Assembly (NCBI GenBank): GCA_020632515.1
Contig: JACKFK010000010.1
Location: 35,735-99,734, forward strand
DNA from: Candidatus Omnitrophota bacterium
Lineage (GTDB): Bacteria > Omnitrophota > Gorgyraeia > Zapsychrales > Zapsychraceae
DNA: 64,000 nt
Reading direction: 5' to 3'
The position numbers and the translations under genes are program-made. Under the pieces are notes generated by a model. That model ran no database searches, was not told where the DNA came from, and was given only the letters and a program-made list of their open reading frames with translations. Shown here piece after piece: positions 44,822 through 53,668 of this stretch. Each line of letters begins with the position of its first letter. The stretch's first letter is position 1.

Positions 44822-45259
44822 CTACTCCCTCTTCAACCCCCAACCTTTAATGACACCTGTATCCGCGTCAACATGGACATAAAATGGAATCACCGGATAA
44901 ATTCCCCAAAGTTGACTTCCTTCCCGATCACGGAATAAAATTTCCCACCACCGCTCAACCGTAATCCCTGTCCGATCGCGAGGCGCAATCGCAAATTCAA
45001 CCTCTATCCCGTCCTTAAACCATTTCTCCGCGTATTTAACATTGATTGGTTTTAAACTATACAAGCGGTCACCCATTCCTTTATTGATAATATGATTCTG
45101 CGCTAAAAGAATGGCCTCATTCGCATCAATGCCATCAACCGCGTTGATCTTAGCAGATAATTGTCGAATAGCTTGATAATTAATGGATTTATACGCGCAT
45201 CCGTTAAATAAGAAAATCATTAGCAGTATGCTTAAAAATTTTTCAGAAAATTTTATCAT
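44822..45259 (-). CDS. Hypothetical lipoprotein
   Basis: The start MIKFSEKFLSILLMIFLFNGC has a lipobox Cys. Its ATG overlaps the VOC gene stop (ATGA). Confidence 0.6.
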   Translation of the reverse strand: MIKFSEKFLSILLMIFLFNGCAYKSINYQAIRQLSAKINAVDGIDANEAILLAQNHIINKGMGDRLYSLKPINVKYAEKWFKDGIEVEFAIAPRDRTGITVERWWEILFRDREGSQLWGIYPVIPFYVHVDADTGVIKGWGLKRE

Positions 45260-45684
45260 TTTGATTCCGCGTCTTGAACGTATGAAGCTAAGTCCCAAAC
45301 ATACCCATCCGAGTCCTGTAAACGACAAACACGATCGCCCCATTCTTCTTGCTTAGGCGACTGTAACACTTTCGCGCCAGCCTCAACAGCCACTTCGTAT
45401 TTCGCGTCGACATCTTCGCAATACAAATAAAGAATGACAGCCGGCTCAATTTTTGATTTTAGCGGCACTTGTCCGTTATGAAAAGAACCTTCCGGGCTGA
45501 AAATAATATTCTGATCTTTGTAACGCATACGGGCAAAAATACAATTACCATTTTCATCCTCCGAAGCCATATACATCAACTCAAACCCAAACGCAGATTG
45601 ATAAAAATCGATAGACTTTAAAACATCTGTGACAATCAAATGTGGTGTGACCCAGCTTAATCCATTCGGTTTTAAAGAACTCAT
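45256..45684 (-). CDS. VOC-family (glyoxalase/bleomycin-resistance fold) protein
   Basis: PHLIVTDVLKSIDFYQSAFGFEL ... WGDRVCRLQDSDGYVWDL is a typical VOC pattern. Confidence 0.75.
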   Translation of the reverse strand: MSSLKPNGLSWVTPHLIVTDVLKSIDFYQSAFGFELMYMASEDENGNCIFARMRYKDQNIIFSPEGSFHNGQVPLKSKIEPAVILYLYCEDVDAKYEVAVEAGAKVLQSPKQEEWGDRVCRLQDSDGYVWDLASYVQDAESK

Positions 45685-45728
45685 AAGCCTTTCCTTCCTT
45701 AGTTTTCTTATACTCTAATTAATAAGCC

Positions 45729-47213
45729 TTATTCAATCCAATGTTGACTAATTAAATAGTCATAAATGTACCCCGCGGTTAACTCATGACCGCGTCTATT
45801 CCAATGCTCATCATAAGGAAAATGCAAAACACCTCTCTTGGAATCTTTCCTAATTTGACGAAAAGCATTCAGATAAGGCAGCCCTAATTCATTACATGCT
45901 TTCTTCAAACGCGTTGGTTCAACTTCCTTTCCTGTACTTGAAAATTCATAAACTAAAAACTTGGCATCAATCTGATTGGCAAATAACGCCATTTCTTTAA
46001 TAATTCTCTCCGTAATCTGCCATTGCTTTGTTAACACAAATTCAGGCAAGCGCTTGGGAGATAAATTCAGTTTAGGCGACATAATTTTTAACGCCACCAT
46101 CATACTGTTTAATTGGGGATTATTACGAATACGGCTGCCCATCCAACGAAATGTAGCCCACGATGAAAATGCCAGCTTCAAATGCAAAAGATCTTTTTTG
46201 ATTAAACCGATCACATCCTTTCGGTTGACAAGAAGTTCACGGTTAACGACTCGCGTCCGATCATATTTCTTATGCCGATTAATTTCAATATTATAAATTG
46301 TCTGCACTTGTTTGTCCGACATCAGCCATTGATCTGGCGGATCAAATTCCTGCGGAACAGGAACCCCTGTCAATTTTAAATCATAATGTTCATCAATAAT
46401 AAAACACCCTTTTCCAAATAACCGATAAGGACGATGATACGACATATTATTTTCAGGATCATTGGGGAAAAAGATATAAATTATAATATCCGGATTATAT
46501 TTTACGCCTTCTGATGTTAACCAAATATAACTCTGATCTGTACCATATCCGCGAACTCCGGCGTTAATCACTTCAAAGGTTCCGTGTTTGTTCAAATAAT
46601 CTTCCAGCATATAATCAATGGTATATTCTTTTTCAACCTCCAAACCCGCAACTCCCGAATCGCCGATCATAAGAATCCGTTTGCGCCCTTCAGGTTTTTC
46701 ATAAGTATGTTTTTTATCACGTAAACCTTTAGGATTAATTTTTGATAATGTTTTAAACTTATTCTTCTGATTCGTATAATACTCTTCCATTCCCGGCTCA
46801 TGCTTCCATCCTAATAACGGATCATGCATCCATAAAATGTCGGTATGCGTGGTGTCATTTGGAAATTTTTTTTCAATATAAAAGAAATAAAGTTGAAAAC
46901 TCCCCTCAATCAATAAAAAAACAATCAAGAAGCTGCAAAGGACCACTTTAAAACCAGTTGAACAAATCAACAATAAACATACGGCAATAGAATAAATTGT
47001 AAGTTTTTGAACATTACCATCTGCTAATTTTAGATAATGCTCTACTGAGTGCACATTCCGTCCTTGAAAAAAATCGTTAATCCTATTTATGCTGCGCTGT
47101 TCATATCCGGCTTTAATTAATCCATGACCAAACACAGCATAAGATATAAGAAAAACCCCTAATAAAATCAGAATTCCCAACGCAATTTTTTGTGATAATC
47201 TTAATTCACCCAT
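45729..47213 (-). CDS. Membrane-anchored SGNH-like hydrolase/acyltransferase paralogue 1
   Basis: N-terminal TM segments are followed by RILMIGDSGV (block I), NAGVRGYGTDQ (II), FFPNDPENN (III) and YDEHWNRRGH (V). Confidence 0.75.
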   Translation of the reverse strand: MGELRLSQKIALGILILLGVFLISYAVFGHGLIKAGYEQRSINRINDFFQGRNVHSVEHYLKLADGNVQKLTIYSIAVCLLLICSTGFKVVLCSFLIVFLLIEGSFQLYFFYIEKKFPNDTTHTDILWMHDPLLGWKHEPGMEEYYTNQKNKFKTLSKINPKGLRDKKHTYEKPEGRKRILMIGDSGVAGLEVEKEYTIDYMLEDYLNKHGTFEVINAGVRGYGTDQSYIWLTSEGVKYNPDIIIYIFFPNDPENNMSYHRPYRLFGKGCFIIDEHYDLKLTGVPVPQEFDPPDQWLMSDKQVQTIYNIEINRHKKYDRTRVVNRELLVNRKDVIGLIKKDLLHLKLAFSSWATFRWMGSRIRNNPQLNSMMVALKIMSPKLNLSPKRLPEFVLTKQWQITERIIKEMALFANQIDAKFLVYEFSSTGKEVEPTRLKKACNELGLPYLNAFRQIRKDSKRGVLHFPYDEHWNRRGHELTAGYIYDYLISQHWIE

Positions 47214-48643
47214 TGTTTCCTCTTTAAATAGTGATAAATACCTTCGGCAGCCAACGCGTGTCCGCGCTCATTCCAATGTCCATCAAAGGGGTAGCGAAAA
47301 ATCGGCTTACCTTTAGCTTTTTCTGCGTAGTCATCAAAATTGTTAAAATAAGGGATATTTAATGTATTGCAAACTTGATTTAATTTAGTCGGTTGAGATT
47401 CATCGCCCATGGCGGTAAATTCATACACTAGAAATTTAACATTCTTGTAATCAATATATCGCGCCATCTCGGCAAGAATATTTTTTAAAGATTCCCATTG
47501 CACATTCGTCACACTTTTGGGAACATCCAATTCCCAGCCCATTTGAAGAGAAGGATCCATTAAATTTAATTGAACAAATATCTTTTCTAATTTCTTATTC
47601 ATCTGAACACGTTTATAGATCCATTTCACAAAATGAAATTTTGCAAAATCCTTACGGATTAACGTAGCAATATCTCTTTGTTTGACTAGCTTTTTCTCAA
47701 ACGTTTTGTTCCGTTTAATAATCGAATTGTAATATTCCTGCGCATAAGGGTCTGTCATCATCCACTCATCAAACTGCTCAAAACTTTCAGGAACCGGGAT
47801 GCCTTTCAAATTTATTTTTCCCTGCGGATCTTTGGTAAAGTATCCTTTTCCGAATTTTCGGCCAGGCTTATGAATCGTAATATTATTTTCTAAATCATTC
47901 GGAACAAAAACATAAATGATAATATCAGGAGAATATTTATATCCTTCATTCTTTAAAAATAAAAACGCCTGATCCGTACCATACCCACGGGTCCCGCCAT
48001 TAATCACCTGATAATTTCCATTGGCCTGTAATTGTTCTTCCAATTTTGCGTCCAAAGCATCTTTTTTATCAACTTCAAACCCCTCGACCACAGAGTCTCC
48101 CAAGAGTAAAATTCTTTCTACACCAGACTCTTTTTCATAAGCATATTCTTCGTCACGTAACCCTCGAGAATTAATTTTGCACAACGTGTTTATCCGATTT
48201 TTCTTGCTGACAAAACGCGCGCTGGCATTAGGTTTTTGTGCCCATCCCAATAAAGGATCATACTCCCAGAGAATCGCTTCTCCTTCTATATTTTCAGGAA
48301 AACGGCGATCCAGATAAAAGTCATAAACACGTAAAGCCCCTTCTATCAAAATAAAAAGTAAGATTACGCTAAACACACTAAACTTCCATTGACGCGGCAA
48401 AAGATAAAACATACAAAAAATCAGCGCGTATACCGAAAACTTTCCTAAAATCCCATTGGCTAATTGCAAATAATCATCCAGAGAATTTTGTGTTTGCCCA
48501 GAAAAAATCCTATTAACCTGTTCAAGGCTTTGCCCATGATAAGCATCGGTAAGAATTTTCTTTCCTAACGTCAAATAGCCGGCCCAACCGACAATAAGTC
48601 CGATAAGAATAATCCAAATTAATTTATAATTTTTTTTGTTCAA
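47201..48643 (-). CDS. Membrane-anchored SGNH-like hydrolase/acyltransferase paralogue 2
   Basis: It is collinear with paralogue 1: RILLLGDSVV, NGGTRGYGTDQ, FVPNDLENN and FDGHWNERGH. Confidence 0.75.
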   Translation of the reverse strand: MNKKNYKLIWIILIGLIVGWAGYLTLGKKILTDAYHGQSLEQVNRIFSGQTQNSLDDYLQLANGILGKFSVYALIFCMFYLLPRQWKFSVFSVILLFILIEGALRVYDFYLDRRFPENIEGEAILWEYDPLLGWAQKPNASARFVSKKNRINTLCKINSRGLRDEEYAYEKESGVERILLLGDSVVEGFEVDKKDALDAKLEEQLQANGNYQVINGGTRGYGTDQAFLFLKNEGYKYSPDIIIYVFVPNDLENNITIHKPGRKFGKGYFTKDPQGKINLKGIPVPESFEQFDEWMMTDPYAQEYYNSIIKRNKTFEKKLVKQRDIATLIRKDFAKFHFVKWIYKRVQMNKKLEKIFVQLNLMDPSLQMGWELDVPKSVTNVQWESLKNILAEMARYIDYKNVKFLVYEFTAMGDESQPTKLNQVCNTLNIPYFNNFDDYAEKAKGKPIFRYPFDGHWNERGHALAAEGIYHYLKRKQWVN

Positions 48644-48646
48644 ATC

Positions 48647-49926
48647 TTATTCCACTCCAAGAAATGCGTTCTTTTCTTCATTAAATGAAAATATTTTCCC
48701 GCGTGCCGGCCAAGGACGAGATTTAAGAACTTCTAATACAGCTTGCGCATAAAGCTTATTCCCTTGCGCGTTATAATGATCAGAACTATTTTTCAAATCA
48801 CCCGCTTGCACATTATGCTGTTGAAACTGTTCTTCCAGCGCTGCTGTAGATTGAACATAAAGAACACTTGCTTTATAATCATTTAATAAATTTTGAATTT
48901 TTTGCGGCAACTTAAGAAAAGGTTTAGAACAGAAGAAAATAATTTTAGACTGGTTCTTCACGATTGTTTGCAGTAAATTTTCTAAAATCATAATATTTAT
49001 TCGCTCTAAATCATATTGATCACTTTTAATTTCTTTTAGTTTATTATTATACCGTTTTTTCGCCAGATTTTGTTTTAAAAAAAGCCCTAAATTCAGATGA
49101 GATAAAAAGTTTTTAGCCAATAAAAATTCTTTTCCATTTACTCCTAAAGGCTCAAATAAATATTTTTTTCGGAAGTTTGGATCAAATAAATCAAACGGGG
49201 TAACACTACGATTCTTTAAAATATTTTCATCTTCCCAAAATTGTACCCGGTAAATATAGGAATTGCGCAAATTGGTGTCACGCACAAACATACGCGCGTC
49301 CAAGAAATCCCGACTACCAGTTTCGATAAAACTGAAAAATATGATGTCAGGTTGAAATTTTAAACCATCTTTCAAATAACGCAAATAACTTTGCCCAAGA
49401 CCAAACCCGGAAACACCAAAATTAAGAACTTCCAGATTACTTACTGAATTCTCAAGAAAGTATTCCCAAGCATCTTCATTTTTCTCATCATCACAAAAAA
49501 CAAAAGAATCACCAAACATTGCTATCCTAAGAGTGTCGGCTGAAGGAATCAAAGAATAATCTCTATTGGCGCGCATCCCCCCTGACTATTACTTTGGTAC
49601 ATCCCAGTATCTTTACTGGCACCGATCGAATACCCTAAGGTATTATCTAAACGATAAATAAAACTCTCCCGTCCTTGCGCGAAATATGTCGCGTATGTTA
49701 ATCTCGCCCGAATAAGGATATCTAAAAATTTCTGATGGCCGATTAAAAAGAAACAATTCGCCTGGATAATTTGCAGTAAAAATAAAATGTAAACAACGCA
49801 TTCTATTATAAAAAGATTAAAAACCCCTAAAGTCATAAATTTTGCCAGCGTTTTTTTCTTGGTTGTGTATTTAATAAATACCAACCCCAGAATCAATAAA
49901 ATAAATAGTATTAAAATAGAAAGCAT
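48647..49926 (-). pseudogene. SGNH-like paralogue 3, split by a frameshift at a G6/C6 tract
   Basis: The 125-aa ORF (TM segments, ...YQSNSQGG) and the 309-aa ORF (MRANRDYS...RIAMFGDSFV, GVSGFGLGQ, SDHYNAQGN) overlap at 49549-49576. Together they are collinear with paralogues 1 and 2. One extra G in the run at 49577-49582 would fuse them. Confidence 0.65.
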
Positions 49927-49941
49927 ATGTCTCCTTTTATA

Positions 49942-50099
49942 AAAGTCACAATGTCACAGTAACTCAAATTTGAAACTTTTGTCACCAAGTCACCGTGTCA
50001 GTTGTCCGGTTCTTAGTTGTCAGCTATCAGTCGTCAGCTTTCTGAAAGTCACAATGTCACAACAGCTCAAATCTGAAACTTTTGTCACAAAGTCACCGT
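49942..50099. repeat. Two ~55-bp imperfect direct repeats (period 103 bp) built from family A words
   Basis: 49942-49996 and 50045-50099 (aaagtcacaatgtcaca..ctcaaat.tgaaacttttgtcac.aagtcaccgt) differ at about 6 positions. Confidence 0.8.
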
Positions 50100-50146
50100 A
50101 TTTGAAATCTGGAAACTTTGTACCCCTTGTGACTTGGTATCTTTGC

Positions 50147-50282
50147 GACTTTGCGACTTTGTGACTTTGCGACTTTGTGACTTTGCGACTTTGCGACTTT
50201 GTGACTTTGTGACTTTGTGACTTTGTGACTTTGTGACTTTGTGACTTTGTGACTTTGTGACTTTGTGACTTTGTGACTTTGT
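50147..50282. repeat. 8-bp microsatellite, 17 tandem units (GACTTTGY)
   Basis: Counted directly. The units are gactttgc/gactttgt in the order c t c t c c t then t x10. Degenerate units flank both sides. Confidence 0.95.
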
Positions 50283-50310
50283 GACATTTGATAGCTGATA
50301 GCTAACAACA

Positions 50311-50338
50311 CTTATCACTTATCACTTATCACTTATCA
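50311..50338. repeat. 7-bp tandem repeat (CTTATCA x4) overlapping the integrase stop codon
   Basis: cttatcacttatcacttatcacttatca, preceded by gatagct x2. Confidence 0.9.
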
Positions 50339-51302
50339 TTAAATAAGCATACCTCATAGCTTTCGCCGCATCATCTAACCCCAAAAGTTTCACTAATCCT
50401 AACACACTCCCCCCGCGGTTTAATACCATTCGTGCAAACGAATGCCGAAATACAGCTGGAGTCTGATATTCACGTAAATTGCATTCATGAAATAGTCGCT
50501 TAATTTCTAAAGGAAACAAATCCAGATATTCTTGAGAAAAAATTCTTCCCGTGCTTAAATGATCCGCATTACCCCTTTGACTAAGCCTATTCTGAAAATT
50601 GTGATCAAACGGAATTTTACGTTTATTTCCCCGGAGGTTTTTTATCTCAATTATATTTTTTTTAAAATCAATATCTTCCCAATTTAGATTTTTCATTTCA
50701 TTAAAAGTCATTCCCGTCTTAAGCAATATGATAAGCATTTCCCGATAAGGTGATTGCGCCTGCTGAATTAAACAATCTTGTTCTTCTTCGGTAAGCGGCT
50801 GCACTGTTCCATAATACAATATCTGCAATAAAGTCACATGGATAACCGGATTATCATTGAGATAACCCAGTTTAATAGCATAATCCAAAACATCCCGTAA
50901 CAATAAAAAAGTAAAATTAAACATCCGCGGTTTAATCCTCTTCGCAGATCTCTGCAACGATTGCCGATACTGTTCAATCACCTTTGGCGTAATATTCGAT
51001 AATTTTTTAATAGAAATATTCTGGTTACAAAATTGTTGAAAATGCTCAACAAGATTTCGATAACGTCGGTAAGATTTTGGTGAATACTGTTCTGCGGCGT
51101 ATTCTAAAAAAGTCTGAAAAAAAATATCATAATCCACATCCCGGACGATAATCCCCATTTCTCCCTGATCAATCTTGTTTTGCACCTGTTTAAGCAGGGT
51201 ATACGCCTTTTCTTCATCCGGGCCAGCTTTCTGCTGATACAGCAATCCCCGCGCATAGAATTCAATATAAAATTCATCGTTTATCTTGCGGACAGATCCC
51301 AT
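50322..51302 (-). CDS. Tyrosine recombinase / phage-integrase family protein
   Basis: It has an N-terminal SAM-like domain. The C-terminal catalytic region carries GMTFNEMKNLNWEDID and VFRHSFARMVLNRGGSVLGLVKLLGLDDAAKAMRYAY, which supplies the His, Arg and Tyr. Confidence 0.8.
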   Translation of the reverse strand: MGSVRKINDEFYIEFYARGLLYQQKAGPDEEKAYTLLKQVQNKIDQGEMGIIVRDVDYDIFFQTFLEYAAEQYSPKSYRRYRNLVEHFQQFCNQNISIKKLSNITPKVIEQYRQSLQRSAKRIKPRMFNFTFLLLRDVLDYAIKLGYLNDNPVIHVTLLQILYYGTVQPLTEEEQDCLIQQAQSPYREMLIILLKTGMTFNEMKNLNWEDIDFKKNIIEIKNLRGNKRKIPFDHNFQNRLSQRGNADHLSTGRIFSQEYLDLFPLEIKRLFHECNLREYQTPAVFRHSFARMVLNRGGSVLGLVKLLGLDDAAKAMRYAYLMISDK

Positions 51303-51336
51303 TGTGTATTTAAAATTTCAAAATTAAGGTAAGGCA

Positions 51337-52836
51337 TTATCCATTTAAACGTTTTTGCTCTTGTAACGTTTCAATAAAAATTTCTACGATCTCTTGATCA
51401 AGCTGATCCTGCATATTACGAAGAGTTTGGCAAGCTTCTTTATGCGTCATTTTCGCACGGTAAGACCGATTCGTGGTTAACGCGTCAAAAATATCCGCGA
51501 TCGTGGTGATTCGCACAAGCGGGGTAATATCGTCTTTCTTTAATCCGTCAGGATAACCGCTGCCATCAAGCTTTTCATGATGATGACGGATAATATCGCA
51601 CAAATGGTGCAATGAATGAATTGGTTTAATAATACTTTCCCCGATTTCAGGATGCTTGCGCATTAACACCCATTCATGATCGCTTAACGGCCCTTCCTTT
51701 TTTAAAACTTCATCGGGAATACCAATTTTACCTAAATCATGAAGCCGGGCGGCATCACGCAACGTTTTCTTATCTTCTTCATCTAGTCCTAATTTTTCAG
51801 CCATCATCATGCAATAATTGGCAACACGATCTAAGTGCCCTCGAGAATAAGTGTCTTTAGCGTCCACGGCTAACGCTAACGCTGAAATCGTTTCAAAATA
51901 CGTTGCTTCCATATCATCACTTAAATGCGAATTCTCAATAGCAACAGCAATTTGTGACGCTAAATGACTAATTAACTGAATTTCATCCTGGCCAAATTCC
52001 CGGTTAATATCTTTAGCACAAATAGCAATAACACCCTTACTTTTATCTCTAAAAACCAATGGCGTCGCGATTAAAGGTGCTTTAAGGTGCGAAGACAATT
52101 CTTTTGATCCGGTTGTGTCAAGATTGATCGTCTTAGTAATCAAAGGTTCTTTAGATTTAAAAATCGAAAAAAATTTAGATCCCTTATCAATTGTATGATT
52201 TACTTTAGTGTGTTTATCCGCTGCCGCATCGTAAACGCTCTTCACAAAAAGCATGTCAGATTTTTTATTTCCGTCAGTAATCATCAACACACCTGTCCGG
52301 CCACCCAACGCGTCAGTAATAGTTTCTAAAATCAAATCCAAGAAGGTATCAATATTCTGCATATTTGATATCCCTTCTCCGACTTTTGTTAAAACAGAGT
52401 GCAATGTCTTTTTAGCTAATTCTAAATTCTTAACATTTTCCTCAAGCCGTTCTGTAATCGCGGAAAAAGATCTGGCTAAAACAGCAATTTCATTTTTATC
52501 TTCACCGATTTCTTTAATTTTTTCCGGACTTAATAACCTTTCCAAAGCCTTCCGATTTGCATTGGTTAAATCAATAATCTTTTTAATGACCGAACGCATT
52601 GAAATGTAGCCAACCACAATACCGATAACAATAATGATTAAAGAACGGTTTAAAATATCAGGAGAAAGTTTTATTGCCCCATAAAGCAATAACTGCAGAT
52701 AAAGATACGCTAAAACAAGCAGCGGCACGATTGACATCAGAAAGAATAATTCGGTAAATTTCCGCAGAATCGATTCGTTCTCGATGGATTCAATTAATTT
52801 GTGACGGTATTTTGATTTATAATCTTCTTCAACCAT
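51337..52836 (-). CDS. HD-GYP domain c-di-GMP phosphodiesterase with TM/HAMP-like and GAF-like regions
   Basis: HDLGKIGIP ... HHEKLDGSGYPDGL is the HD-GYP signature. The N-terminus has TM segments. Confidence 0.85.
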   Translation of the reverse strand: MVEEDYKSKYRHKLIESIENESILRKFTELFFLMSIVPLLVLAYLYLQLLLYGAIKLSPDILNRSLIIIVIGIVVGYISMRSVIKKIIDLTNANRKALERLLSPEKIKEIGEDKNEIAVLARSFSAITERLEENVKNLELAKKTLHSVLTKVGEGISNMQNIDTFLDLILETITDALGGRTGVLMITDGNKKSDMLFVKSVYDAAADKHTKVNHTIDKGSKFFSIFKSKEPLITKTINLDTTGSKELSSHLKAPLIATPLVFRDKSKGVIAICAKDINREFGQDEIQLISHLASQIAVAIENSHLSDDMEATYFETISALALAVDAKDTYSRGHLDRVANYCMMMAEKLGLDEEDKKTLRDAARLHDLGKIGIPDEVLKKEGPLSDHEWVLMRKHPEIGESIIKPIHSLHHLCDIIRHHHEKLDGSGYPDGLKKDDITPLVRITTIADIFDALTTNRSYRAKMTHKEACQTLRNMQDQLDQEIVEIFIETLQEQKRLNG

Positions 52837-52988
52837 AATTATTATTCTAATTTTTTATAATTATTTTTTAGTAAAGTAAGTATAACATAAGTGTTTAAAA
52901 TTCATTCATGAATTTTATAAAATTTTACTACCTATTTAAAAATTAAACAGGCATAAACAAAAAAATGCGCCCAACGCATTATTTAAAA

Positions 52989-53576
52989 TTAATCTTGATT
53001 AATCCGAAGAAGAGTCTCGTGAAGTTTTTGCGCGGAGAGACGGGTGATCTGATCCCATTTAAATGAAAACTCCTGATCAAACGATGCTTTATAACATATT
53101 CCGAGTATATTTAATTTAAAATCTTCATATAAAAACTTCCACATTATCTTATTGATGTGGTCGAATTGTTCCGGATTGGAATAAAAAGATTCTTCCAATT
53201 CCAGATTATAAAATAGCAAAGCAAGAGACTTAACCTCTTCTTTAAATAATTCAATTTCAACCAAAAGCTTATGCTGCGTTTTAGTGTTTTCTAAAAGAAT
53301 CAAAACCTCTAAAATGGCGGATTCCACATCGTTTTCCTTTAACTGCAGAAAATAATATTGAAACTCCGGATCATTACGCATGTTACTGATCACACGCAAA
53401 ACATCTTCCCGTGTGAAATTTTTTGGGAGAGAATATTGGTTAAATATAATGGATTCTGTTTTCTTTGAGGCTAACGGAGTAAAAATAAGGATAATAACAG
53501 CCAATGGGGTAAGAATAAGCAGAATAAAAACAGCGAATTTTAAATAGGGTCTAGCTAAAATTTGTTTTGGAATCAT
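52989..53576 (-). CDS. Hypothetical membrane-anchored protein
   Basis: It has two N-terminal hydrophobic segments. I recognised no family. Confidence 0.45.
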   Translation of the reverse strand: MIPKQILARPYLKFAVFILLILTPLAVIILIFTPLASKKTESIIFNQYSLPKNFTREDVLRVISNMRNDPEFQYYFLQLKENDVESAILEVLILLENTKTQHKLLVEIELFKEEVKSLALLFYNLELEESFYSNPEQFDHINKIMWKFLYEDFKLNILGICYKASFDQEFSFKWDQITRLSAQKLHETLLRINQD

Positions 53577-53584
53577 GAGTATTT

Positions 53585-53648
53585 AGTGCTAAGTGGTAAG
53601 TGCTAAGTGGTAAGTAATAAAAAACCTTAACACCTAACACTTAACACA
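53585..53648. repeat. Family C word repeats (GTGCTAAGTGGTAA x2 facing TTAACACCTAACACTTAACAC)
   Basis: Read directly from the sequence. The two halves are imperfect reverse complements. Related words occur at 10405-10422 and 32436-32490. Confidence 0.75.
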
Positions 53649-53668
53649 AATATTTATATCTTCGTCCT

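Noticed and set aside
50147-50282. Possible CRISPR array
   Set aside because: The unit is only 8 bp and the copies are contiguous with no spacers. No cas genes are present in the window. This is a microsatellite, not a CRISPR array.
50085-50318. Two overlapping ORFs (77 and 72 aa) translating to SQSHKVTK-type repeats
   Set aside because: They are simply the 8-bp microsatellite read in two frames (3 x 8 bp = 8 codons). They have no start context or SD, and their composition is dictated by the repeat. I treat them as non-coding.
50311-50338. A cluster of DnaA boxes (TTATCAC x4), suggesting a replication origin
   Set aside because: The unit is a 7-bp tandem repeat, one base short of the TTATCCACA 9-mer. 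It overlaps a gene end, and there is no dnaA/dnaN or AT-rich unwinding element alongside. It is more simply part of the local repeat vocabulary.
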